Origin: Octopus vulgaris
Lineage: Eukaryota
DNA length: 64,000 nucleotides
NCBI GenBank assembly: GCA_951406725.2
Contig: OX597816.1
Coordinates: 162,564,001-162,628,000, forward strand
Direction: 5' to 3'
The translations under genes and the position numbers were made by a program. Numbering within the stretch: the first letter of the stretch is position 1; each line of letters begins with the position of its first letter. Positions 13,320-25,259 of this stretch are shown piece after piece. The notes under the pieces were generated by a model. That model was not told the origin of the DNA. It saw nothing but the letters and a program-made list of their open reading frames with translations, and did no database searches.

Positions 13320-13863
13320 AGTTTTGATAGGAAGAAGCAAGTCGATGATATTGACCCCAATACTCAGCTGGTACTTATTTCATCGTCTCTTTAAAAACGA
13401 GAAGCAAAATCGACCTCGGCGGAATTTGAACTCGGAACGTAAACAGTGGCGCAGGAGTGGCTGTGTGTTAAGTAGCTTACTTACCAACCACATGGTTTCG
13501 GGTTCATTTCTACTGCGTGGCACCTTGGGCAAGTGTGTTCTACTATAGCCTCGGGTCGACCAAAGCCTTGTGAGTGGATTTAGTAGACAGAAACTGAAAG
13601 AAGCCCGTCGTATATATGTATATATATATATATATATCTGTTGCAAACATCGCTTGACAAGCGATGCTGGTGTGTTTACGTCACCGTAACCTAGCAGTTC
13701 GGCAAAAGTAACCGATAGAATAAGTACTAGGCTTACAAAGAATAAGTCCTGGGATTCAGTATTACTGCGTGGCACTGTTGGCAGATACCTTCTACTATAG
13801 CCTCCAGCTGACCAAAGCCTTGTGAGTGGATTTGGTAGACGAATACAAAAGGAAGCCCGTCGT
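13320..13863. mobile_element. SINE B fragment (-) followed by partial SINE A copies (+)
   Basis: tcgacctcggcggaatttgaactc near 13410, family A head near 13447, and a second partial family A body at about 13755-13863. Confidence 0.8.
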
Positions 13864-13983
13864 TCTAACGACCCTCAATATTTGTTTTCGTTCGGTTTCC
13901 TATTGTGTCCCCACTCTTCTGTTTTTGTTCCCAACTTTAACCCTCCATAAATCCCAAATTTTACCTTGGTATTTATAGTAGCA

Positions 13984-14035
13984 ACTGTCTCCGAAGTTCC
14001 ATATTGTCGCTCTATGATCGAAATGAGTAGACAGT
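13984..14035 (+). ncRNA. Degenerate hammerhead-like motif
   Basis: actgtc-t-CCGAAGT-tccata...tatgatc-GAAA-tga-GTA-gacagt: 6-bp stem I, core with two substitutions. Confidence 0.35.
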
Positions 14036-14246
14036 CGACAATCGATGAAGGGTCGTTCCTTGTGCTACTTGTCCTGTTTTCCATTTTTTTCTCTTATTGT
14101 TTGCGCATTGAACTCATTTCTTTCCGTATTTCATGTTGTTTGCTGTTGGTGACTTCCTGTACCCATATATGCAAATAAATAAATAAATAAATATATATAT
14201 ATATATATATATGTATATGTATATGTGTGTATATATATATATATAG

Positions 14247-14332
14247 TTACGGGGACGTAAACACACCACCATCGGTTGTCAAGTGATGTTGGTGGGACAA
14301 ACACAGACACACAAACATATACACACATGTAC

Positions 14333-14398
<66 letters not shown>

Positions 14399-14612
14399 GC
14401 ATGTACATATATACAACGGGCTTCCTTCAGTTAATGTCTACCAAAACCACTCACAAGTCTTTGGTCGACCCGAGGCTATAGTAGAAGACACTTGGCCAAG
14501 GTGCCACGCAGTGGGACTGAACCCGGAACCATGTGGTTCGTAAACAAGCTACTTACCACAAAGCCTCTCCTACGCCTATGATATGTATTACCACACAGCC
14601 ACTCCTACGCCT
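14247..14612 (-). mobile_element. SINE family A, partial, with a 35-bp tandem duplication of its 5' end
   Basis: Family A body and head. ttaccaca(a/c)agcc(t/a)ctcctacgcctatgatat occurs twice at about 14552-14620. Confidence 0.85.
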
Positions 14613-14655
14613 ATGATATATATTAACATCTATTCACAAGTGTAGGCAAATAAAT

Positions 14656-14717
<62 letters not shown>

Positions 14718-14984
14718 GTACGTGTGTGTGTATGTGTGTGGCTGTACAAAGAAACTCTGAAATCTTTGCGTGGACTTGTTCGGCTATTTTATAGTGTTGC
14801 AAATAGGAGAATTAAAGAGACAGGCAACCTAAGAATTAAAGGAAGAGTGTCCAGGGAATGGAAGAGATGAGAAAGAACAATTTTGTGGGAGAAGGGGATG
14901 GTTACAGGAAGATGAAATGTGAGTGGTGGGAAGAAGCAGAGAGTGTTGTTGTGGAGGGAGGAGTTTGAAGTGTAAGTGGAGAAG

Positions 14985-15199
14985 AAGGAAAGAGGAGGAC
15001 GAGGAGAAGAAGGAGGAGGAGGAGGAGGAGAAGAAGAAGAAGAAGAAGAAGAAGAAGAAGAAGAAGAAGAAGAAGAAGGAGAAGAAGAAGAAATAGAAAG
15101 AAGAAAAAAGAAAAGAAGAAAAGAAGAAGAGGAGGGGAAGAAAGAGAAGACGAACAAGAAGAAGTAGAGGAACAAGAAGACGAAAGAGAAGAAGTAGAA

Positions 15200-15232
<33 letters not shown>

Positions 15233-15660
15233 AATGAAGAAGAAGAAGACGATGATGATGATGATGGAGAAGAAGATAATGATGATGATGATGATGAAGA
15301 AAAAGAAGAAAGAGAAGAAGAGGAAGAAGATGATGAAGAAGAAATTGATGATGATGATGAAGAAAAAGAAGAAATAGAAGAAGTAGAAGAAGTAGATGAT
15401 GATGATGATGATGATGATGATGTTGATGAAGATGATGATGATGATGATGATGAAGAAGATGATGATGATGAGATGATGAAGTAGAAGTGCTGTTGATGTC
15501 ATTTCTGCAGCTGCTGCTGGTGATGATGATGAAGCTGGAGAATGAGTAGAGGAAGAGGAGGGGGAGGAGAGTGAAGAAGGAGATTATGATAATGATAATG
15601 ATGATGATGATCATAATCATTATGCTAAGATTGACGACGACAGCGACGAAGACGATGATA

Positions 15661-15705
<45 letters not shown>

Positions 15706-15720
15706 GTGATAGTGATGAAC
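14985..15720. repeat. Compound (GAA)/(GGA)/(GAT) trinucleotide tract
   Basis: Direct inspection; source of the poly-H/I/F/S/E ORFs. Confidence 0.95.
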
Positions 15721-15834
15721 CAGAAAAAGGGGGGAATCGAAGTAAAAAAAAAGTGAGGCAAACAAAGTTGAAGAAGAACAACAACAAAAAAATGAATAAA
15801 GAAATTATAAGAACGACGTCGATGACAACCACCA

Positions 15835-15868
<34 letters not shown>

Positions 15869-16185
15869 CAACAACATGATAATCAGTGCCACTACCATTG
15901 CTACAAGGAAGAAGAGTAAAACGGCACAAAACAATAAAGATAACAAGCAAAAAAATTCTACAAACAATATAAAATAAAAGCGGAGGGAAAAGAGAATTCA
16001 TAACACATAAATCAAAGATGGCGATTGATCTTTTTTTTTTTGAAATGACCGAAGACAAACAGAATTGGAATCAGTGACGTTTAAGATGGAATTGTTTACC
16101 AAACTAATGGAATTATGAGGGAAACCAAAAAGGATAATATTTTTGGTGGCAAAATGAGATTCTACTCAAAGAATATCTTTGTGTG

Positions 16186-16251
16186 GATGTATGTATGTAG
16201 GTATGTATGTATGTATGCATGCATGCATGAATTATGTATGTATGTATGTAC

Positions 16252-16282
<31 letters not shown>

Positions 16283-16612
16283 TGTATTAATGCATGTATG
16301 TATGTATGTATGTATTATGTATGTATGTAGGTATGTATGTATGTATGCATGCATGCATGAATTATGTATGTATGTATGTACATATGTATGTATGTATGTA
16401 TGTGTGCATGTATGTATTAATGCATGTATGTATGTATGTATGTATTATGTATGTATGTAGGTATGTATGTATGTATGCATGCATGCATGAATTATGTATG
16501 TATGTATGTATATATGTATGTATGTATGTATGCATTTATGTATGAATGCATGTATGTATGTATGTATTAATGCATGTATGCATGAATGTATGACTGTCTG
16601 TATGTGTGTATG

Positions 16613-16670
<58 letters not shown>

Positions 16671-16800
16671 CATGCATGCATGAATTATGTATGTATGTAT
16701 GTATGTATGTATGTATGTATGTATGTATTAATGCATGCATGTATGTATGTATGTATTATGTATGTAAGCATGAATGTATGACTGTCTGTATGTGTGTATG

Positions 16801-16847
<47 letters not shown>

Positions 16848-16900
16848 GTATGCATGCATGCATGAATTATGTATGTATGTATGTATGTATGTATGTATAT
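16186..16900. repeat. (TATG)n tract with higher-order repeats of about 130 bp
   Basis: The marker taggtatgtatgtatgtatgcatgcatgcatgaattatg recurs near 16198, 16328 and 16458. Confidence 0.85.
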
Positions 16901-18350
16901 ATATAAGTATATGTGAGTGTATACACACCCACATATATATATATGGGTGTGTGTGTATGTATTTATGTATGCATGTATGCATGTATGCATGTACGAATGT
17001 ATGTATGTGTATATGCACACATAAATACACAGACACACGCACGCACACACACGCAAGCACACACACGCACGCACACACACGCACGCACACACACGCACGC
17101 ACACACACGCACGCACACACACGCACACGCACACACACGCACACATGTATATATGCGCACTTATACATACATATATCATTGAGTATGTGAATGCACGTGT
17201 ATGTATGACAGCGTGAACAAAATGTGTATATTTGCGAGAGAATAAAATAGGCAATAGAGAGGAGGAGCCGGATATGAGGAGGAGGAGGAGGAGGAGAGGA
17301 TGAAGAAGAGGAAAAAGAAGAAGAAGAGGAAGAAGAAGAAGAAATGGAAGAAGAGGAAGAACAATAGCAACAACAAGAAGGCGAAGCAAAAACAACGAGA
17401 ACGCAACTGTGATGAGGTGAAAATTAGTGTGTGTGCGTGTGTGTGTTTGTGTATGTGTGTAAGTGAGTAAGTGCGAATGTGTACGTATGTGTGAGTGTGC
17501 ACATGTATATGTGTTTGTGTGAGTGTGTGTGTGTGTGTGTGTAAGTGAGTGAGTGCGAATGTATACGTATGTGTGAGTGTGCACATGTATATGTGTTGTG
17601 TGTGTGTGTGTGTGTGTGTGTGTGATATTTGTGTGTCTGATCTGTGTGTGTTTCTGATAAGGAAAGAGTAAAGCAGAGAAACATTTCTTCTAAAAAATCT
17701 GAAAAAAATAAAATGAAAATTAAAGAAAAAAAAACTACATTCAACGATTATAAAATAAAATAAAAATATAGCACAAAAGGAAACAACGCGCATAATACAA
17801 CAAATAACAAAACGAAAATCTAAAAAAAAAAAATGATAAAAATAGCAAACCTAGAAAACACACACAAAAGCAATTCTCAAACAGCATGTGTTATATATAA
17901 AGTTTAACGAATTCTTGCAAAATGTAATTATCTAACAACGAATTTGCTTCATTAAATTTAGCAAGTTTCGATTTTAATCCTATGAAAAATAAAATAATTC
18001 AAAAATAAATTTAATGTAGTTCTCATTTAAGAAAAATGGCGGCGAGAATTGCACAAAGATGGCGTGTGAGGAAAGGAGAGGGAGTGGGAGGGAGGGAGAG
18101 TGAAAGAGGTGATAGAGAGATAAATAGGTAGATGGATAGATGAAGAGAGAAAGCGAAGATAGGAGGAGGAGGAGGAGGTAAGCGACAAAGTAGGTGGAGA
18201 GAATACAAAGGGAGAGAAGAAGAAGAGGAAGAAAACATGAAGCCGATGGTTATTGTGAAAATGTTACGTGTTAAATATGTTATACGAGTTCACATGAAAT
18301 TTTCAGGAACATGATGGCAGTCCGTGACACACTTACATGTGTATCACATC

Positions 18351-18417
<67 letters not shown>

Positions 18418-18451
18418 TATATATATATATATATGTACATATATATATATA

Positions 18452-18487
<36 letters not shown>

Positions 18488-19056
18488 CATGTATACACAC
18501 ATACACACACACACACATATATATATATATGTATATGTATATATTTATGTATCTATGTATGTATTCATGTACACACACAGACACACGTATTTATATGCAT
18601 ACATACACTCATATACATACCTATGTACACACACATGCATATGTGTGTATGTATATATCTATCTATATATATATATATATGAGCATAGACATTCGGCGCA
18701 GGCTTCACAAGAGTTAATAAAGCTTGCTCTGTAACGAAGTGGATGCGGTTTCAACTCCTGCTGGCATCTGCGGTGAGTGTCTTTTATTCTAACGGCGCTC
18801 CGACCAATGCCTTGGGAAATAAGTGAACTCATTTGTTGGAAACTATGTGCAAGTCTAGCCACTGGTTTCTCTGGAATTGGTTAAATCGATGTTGATAGTA
18901 ATTCTTGCTTACGAATGATAAATTTGTACTTTACAAAAGTATAGAGTAACCCATCATATGGTTTCAAACAGATTGCTCTTATTCTAACTGAACATAAAAA
19001 CAAACCATATACACACATACATACACAAATACATACATAATTACATACATAAAAAA

Positions 19057-19380
19057 GGAGCACTCCGTCGTTTACGACGACGAGGGTCCCAACTGATACG
19101 ATAAAGGAACACTTTGCTCGTGAAATTAACGTGCAAGTGACAGACAAATCCACAGACACGCGTACCCCTAACGTAGTTCTCAGGGAGATTCAGCGTAACA
19201 CAAAGTGTGACGAAGCCGGCCCTTTGAAATATAGGTACAACTCATTTTCGCCAGCTGAGTGGACTGGAGTAACGTGAAATAAAGTGTCTTGCTCAAGGAG
19301 ACAACGCGTCGCCGGCAATCGAACTCACGACCTTACAATCGTGAGCCGAATGCCCTAACCACTAAGCCACGCGCCTTCAC
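19057..19380 (-). mobile_element. SINE family D (tRNA head, CORE-like domain, tail shared with the 31850 element)
   Basis: Minus strand reads gtgaaggcgcgtggcttagtggttagggc...gagttcgatt...ccttgagcaagacacttt...ccagtccactcagctg, ending cctcgtcgtcgtaaacgacggagtgc. Confidence 0.85.
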
Positions 19381-19696
19381 ATACATAAATACATACATAC
19401 ATACATACAGACAGACAGACAGACAGACATACAAACATACATACATACATGCATACATACGTACGTACATACATACATACATGGATGCATGCATATTCTT
19501 TTATTCTTTTAATCTTTTATTTGTTTCAGGCATTTGATTGCGGCTTTGCTGCAGCACCGCCTTCAGTCGAACAAATCTATCGCGGGACTTATTCTAGCGG
19601 TGTATTTTGCCGAACAGATGAGTTACGGGGACGTAAACACATCGACGTCGGCTGTCTAGCAATGGAAGGGGTCAAACAGAGACTGACATAAATATT

Positions 19697-19805
<109 letters not shown>

Positions 19806-19841
19806 ATATATGTATACATACATACATATATATATACATAC

Positions 19842-19870
<29 letters not shown>

Positions 19871-19877
<7 letters not shown>

Positions 19878-20870
19878 CAAAATAAGCAACAAGGGTATCC
19901 AAAGGTAATGCAGTACGATCGTTTCATGTGACTCCATTTAATTGAACAGTGCAAACATTACATCAATTTAAAATAAAAGCAATATCCTTAGACTAAAATT
20001 GTTAATATTTGATATATAAATTTTAAAATATCCCTTTACCTTAATTTTCCTTTATTACCAACAATTATAAATATATGTTAAATTAGTATTTTAAATAAAC
20101 AAATATGGAACTATTTCTATATTATCTGTCCGTCTATTGTGTAAAATTTTTGATATATACTGAAAGTATTCAAAAATATTCTTCTTAGTACCCTTTAGAT
20201 TAACTCTAAAATGTATCTGTGTATATAGAAATAACTTTGTTTTATAGTAGATAAATGTACTGCTACTATATGAAAAGAGTTTCCCTGTCCCATAAGCATT
20301 GGTCTACATAATAACAGCTAACATCTTGTCTGAAGTATATTCTTACTGAACCAAATGGTTTTGCTTCAAAGAAATCTTGATTTATGATTATGCCACTTAA
20401 ATTGTCTATCTATTTTGCCCTATCCTAAAATACTACTACACTCTGTCTTCTCTCAGATTTGATAAACTAACCTATAAATTAAAACTGAACCCCCTCCCCA
20501 TAACTAAATCTAAATAACAGAAATAAGCAGTAATAAGCAGTGTCTTTTTTGAAAAATCTCAGTTACAACTGTGATGTTGGTAAAACGTTCTTTGTCTATT
20601 TCCTTATCCTTTTGGTGATTTTGGATAAAATTACACAAATGAGTCCTTCGAATTTAACTAAATTCTATATGTTTATGCAGTTGAAGATTGCTCTACATTG
20701 TAAATTGATGTAATGTTTGCATTGTTCAATTAAATGGAGTCGCATGAAACGATCGTACTGCATTTCCTCTGGATATCCTTGTTGCTTGTTTTGATTATAA
20801 TCACTTTATTTTATATTATATGGATAATACCATACTAAATTCTGGTGCCTTCAACTTAAGTACCATATTC
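19871..20870 (+). mobile_element. Non-coding Penelope-like/retrozyme-like unit with an inverted repeat of about 100 bp and a hammerhead-like motif
   Basis: 19871-19974 is the reverse complement of about 20697-20800. The right copy overlaps the hammerhead-like motif. Confidence 0.65.
20675..20763 (+). ncRNA. Type-I hammerhead-like motif with long stem II region
   Basis: atgcag-TTGAAGA-[58 nt]-GAAA-cgatcg-TA-ctgcat: perfect 6-bp stem I, palindromic stem III acgatcgt, GUA site, U instead of C at core position 3. Confidence 0.7.
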
Positions 20871-20969
20871 ATCTGAATCTAAATTAGTCTCCTGGCAACC
20901 AATAATTTAAAATCCTGTTCGTCACTGTATGTATGTATGTATGTATGTATGTATGTATGTATGTATGTA

Positions 20970-21030
<61 letters not shown>

Positions 21031-21033
<3 letters not shown>

Positions 21034-21193
21034 CGCAGGAGTGGCTGTGTGGTAAGTAGCTTGCTAACCAACCACATGGTTCCGGGTTCAGTCCCACTGC
21101 GTGGCATCTTGGGCAAGTGTCTTCTGCTATAGCCCCGGGCCGACCAATGCCTGTGAGTGGATTTGGTAGACGGAAACTGAAAGAAGCCAGTCG

Positions 21194-21257
<64 letters not shown>

Positions 21258-21460
21258 TGTGTTTGTCCCTCTAGCATTGCTTGACAACCGATGCTGATGT
21301 GTTTACGTCCCCGTCACTTAGTGGTTCGGAAAAAGAGACCGATAGAATAAGTACTGGGCTTACAAAGAATAAGTCCCGGGGTCGATTTGCTCGACTAAAA
21401 GGTGGTGCTCCAGCATGGCCACAGTCAAATGACTGAAACAAGTAAAAGAGTAAAGAGAAA
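21031..21460 (+). mobile_element. SINE family A, full length
   Basis: Near-identical to 10202-10620. Confidence 0.93.
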
Positions 21461-21721
21461 GAGAGAGATATATATACATACTATGGGTTTCGTTGAAGAA
21501 AGTGCCACGCAGTGGGGACTGAACCTGGAACTATGTGGTTGGGAAACAAGTTTCTTATCACAAATCCTCGCCAGTACCTGTCTATATAAGTACATTGACA
21601 TATATAGGTTTCTTCGAATATGGCAGTATTTGTTTGTGCCAAGAACTTCGTGTATAGCAATTATCTTACTCAGACAAAAAATGGGTGTGCGTGTGTGTGT
21701 GTATCTGTGTATGTGTGTGTG

Positions 21722-21945
21722 TTAGTTAGTTAGTTTTTGGCTCAAAAGCAAATAGCAAGGCCATGTAGGGGGACATGGAGTTAAGTACAGGGTGGTGTTC
21801 ATGTAAAGAGTTCAGGCCACTTGAGGTCAAGGGAGACTTTGAACAAAGCGGTCGTCGGCATCTTCACCATCTCGTCTGGCAGCTTGTTCCACGGATCCGC
21901 AACCCGGACGGAGAAAGCTCCTCTCCTTCAATTGAGATGAAATTG
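21722..21945 (-). mobile_element. CR1-clade LINE, extreme 3' fragment
   Basis: Translation FSVRVADPWNKLPDEMVKMPTTALFKVSLDLKW, followed by a (taac)n tail. Confidence 0.75.
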
Positions 21946-21974
21946 TGTGTGTGCGCGTGTGTGTTACAGGTAAA

Positions 21975-22320
21975 ATCAAAACCAAGGCGGGTAAAGTGAA
22001 TTTGAAGCTTTACAGCTGTTTCTAGGATAAACCTGTACCTTCATGGACGTACCGACCAACATCCATATCCTCTGGAAAAAGATGAGTTTTGAACATTGTT
22101 CTCCTGTCCATATTCTCCAAACTACTTTTACTCATTATTCTTCTATTTATTTCCGTATAAACAGTTTACTCCTAGTAAACTATAGTTTCCCCGTCTAAAA
22201 TATTCATTACTTATCTCTGATGGCAGAATACACAGTGCATGGATATGCTCACGAACCACTTGGGTTACCGAGAAACAGCTGTAAGACTTCAAAAGCACCT
22301 TACCCAAGTAAAATTATTCT
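21975..22320 (+). mobile_element. Short Penelope-like/retrozyme-like unit with inverted partial 3' end and hammerhead-like motif (22214-22286)
   Basis: 21989-22033 is an imperfect reverse complement of 22262-22305. Motif: tct-CTGATGG-[48 nt]-GAAA-cagctg-TA-aga. Confidence 0.55.
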
Positions 22321-22584
22321 AAATGACTTCAGACACTCGTTCCGTATTGACTTTGATTTTCCCCAAAAATATAGTATATAAATGAAATAACGAAATCCTA
22401 ACACGGATCCCTAGATCCAGCTTCAGCTGTGAACTTATGGGTGACCAACTATAGAACTTACCATCAAGTGATGGTGGACGGACAAACACACACACACATA
22501 TACACAAATATATATATGAGGAAACTGAAAGAATGCCGTAGTACATCACAAGTGAACTAAGCCCTTCATAATTTTTATACATAC

Positions 22585-22653
<69 letters not shown>

Positions 22654-22687
22654 CATACATATACATATACATATATATGTATATCTT

Positions 22688-23125
22688 TCTTTTTAATTGC
22701 TTCAGTCATTTGGCTGCGGCCATGCTGGAGCACCGCCTTTAGTCGAACAGATCGACCCCAGGATTTATTCTTTGTAAGCCTTGTATTTATTCTATCGGTT
22801 TCTTTGCCGTACCGCTAAATTTCGAGGACGTAAGCACACTGACATCGGTTGTCAAGTGATGGTGGACGGACAAACACACACACACACATACACAAATATA
22901 TATATGAGGAAACTGAAAGAATCCCGTAGTATATATATATATATATACTACGGGCTTCTTTCGGTTTGTGTCTACCAAATCCACTCACAAGTCTTTGTTC
23001 ATCAAGTTGTCTTTGTTCGACGTGAAGCCATAGTAGAAGATACTCAAGGTGCCATGCGGTGAAACTGAACCCGGAACCATGTGGTTGGGAAGCAAGCTTC
23101 TTACTACACAGCCACTCCTGCGCCT
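22688..23125 (-). mobile_element. SINE family A, diverged full length
   Basis: Tail near 22700 and head ending cagccactcctgcgcct near 23125. Its middle segment is duplicated at about 22464-22540. Confidence 0.85.
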
Positions 23126-23129
23126 ATGT

Positions 23130-23185
<56 letters not shown>

Positions 23186-23238
23186 GTGGATTTGTATGTG
23201 TGTATGTGTGTCTGTTTGAAAATATATTATATGTATGT

Positions 23239-23276
<38 letters not shown>

Positions 23277-23544
23277 TTGAATGTTTGTGGTATGCATTGA
23301 TCATGGAAGTATGTATGCATGCATGTAATTAGATTACATGCACGAACATGCATGTTGTCTATATACTCACATCTATATATTGCAAAAAGAAAAAAAATAT
23401 GGCTGTCAATAATTCACACACACGAACACACGCCCAAACATATAAACACATACACGTATGTTGGATAAGAGTAACAAGATGTATGCATATACATGCATGA
23501 ATATTTATTTAATATGTTTGTATTAGCTATACAATCTATAAAAT

Positions 23545-23582
<38 letters not shown>

Positions 23583-24058
23583 CATATATATATATGTTTA
23601 TATTTATACACACACATAATTGTATATTTTTATAGATTACATATGCAATGGATATGTATATCAAATAATATTTATGTATCGATATACATCCATTCACACA
23701 CATTTACACATACACACTATATGAGTGTGTACGTGAGTATTTTTGTATTGATGTTCAAATAATATATATGAAGAAGATGTCATCAAGTTGTCTCTCTTCT
23801 CTTCGGTAGAGACCTGTTGGGAAAATAATTATATTCTAACAAAGTCTCACGAACAATTTCTACTTCATATTGGTGCCGCCAATTCTTACCGTCCATTAGC
23901 ATAAGAGAACAGAACACGCACATACACACATAAACAGTCGCAGATACAGACAAGTAAATATGCGCGTCAAAACCACACCCCCTCACACTATCACACACGT
24001 ACGTACACACGCACGCATACATGGGATTGAGTACGTACAAGTTTTATATTTACATATA

Positions 24059-24095
<37 letters not shown>

Positions 24096-24213
24096 GTGCG
24101 TGTGTGTGTTCAAGTTATATATATATAATGAATATATGTGTATATATGATATATGTATAAGTATTTGTGTATAAATATGTATGTATACATATTTGTATAT
24201 ATATATGTAAATC

Positions 24214-24264
<51 letters not shown>

Positions 24265-24837
24265 GTATGTATGTATATCGCAGATATATACTTATGTACC
24301 CTTATTTATACTTATGTATAAACATATTTATGTATGTATGTATGTACATATATACACATATACATACCCAAAAGCGTATTTTCTCGTATATTTGCTTACA
24401 TTCGTTGGTGTGTTTGCAAATATATATATATATGTGTGTGTGTGTGTGGTTTTGTGTGTATGTTCATATATATATATTACATAAATATAATATATTCGTC
24501 TATATATGTGTGCGAGTGTATTTGCTTGTCTGTGTTTGCGTGTGAGTGCGTAAGTGCGCACAAAAAAAGGTAGATACATATATTGATGGATTATTTTGAG
24601 TCAGATGAAGGTTAATTATAACATAGAAAAAAATGGAGGAAAGACAGACACACAATATATATGTGTGCGTGGGTGTATGTGCTTGTGAATATCTAAGTAA
24701 TTGCGTGCGTAATAGTGAGTGAATATATACCTGTTTTCTGTTATTTGATATCTCGTATATAATTGGCAATGTGATGTGTGCATGCATATATTTTGGTTTT
24801 TAAAGGTAATGAACATGCGTACATAACGATTCTTATA

Positions 24838-25056
24838 CAGTAAACCTTCGCTATATCGCGGTTCGCCTATCGCGGTTTATTATTAAAGCTTACGTCGAGT
24901 CTTCTGTGGTGTTTTGCATTTATAATAAAATAAATATATACAAATTATAATAATTTAAAAATATGTATACAGTACAGTATTGTTTCTACATCGCGGATTT
25001 TCACCTATCACGGCGGGGTTTGGAACGTAACATCCGCGATAGTCGAGGGGTTATTA
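24838..25056. mobile_element. Tigger/pogo-like MITE
   Basis: ta|cagtaaaccttcgctatatcgcgg ... ccgcgatagtcgaggggttatta|ta imperfect TIRs with TA flanks and internal ctatcgcgg-like repeats. Confidence 0.65.
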
Positions 25057-25099
25057 TATATATATATATTATTTTCTTTCCCTGTTTATTTCTGTGTTC

Positions 25100-25135
25100 C
25101 TTTCTGTCGAAGAGCGTAGGCTCGAATCGTAAAAG
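25100..25135 (+). ncRNA. Degenerate minimal hammerhead-like motif
   Basis: cttt-CTGTCGA-a-gagc-gtag-gctc-GAAT-c-GTA-aaag: stems I and II intact, two core substitutions. Confidence 0.5.
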
Positions 25136-25218
25136 TGTTTCTCACTTCCCGAGCGTTAAACTAATACATCTGCTTGTTGTTTACACACCTGGCTTGGTTT
25201 TTTTTTTTTGTAAATTCT

Positions 25219-25257
<39 letters not shown>

Positions 25258-25259
<2 letters not shown>

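Noticed and set aside
14789-16058. Long ORFs of 237 and 409 aa
   Set aside because: They are translations of (GAA)/(GAT)/(CAA) tracts with no domain content.
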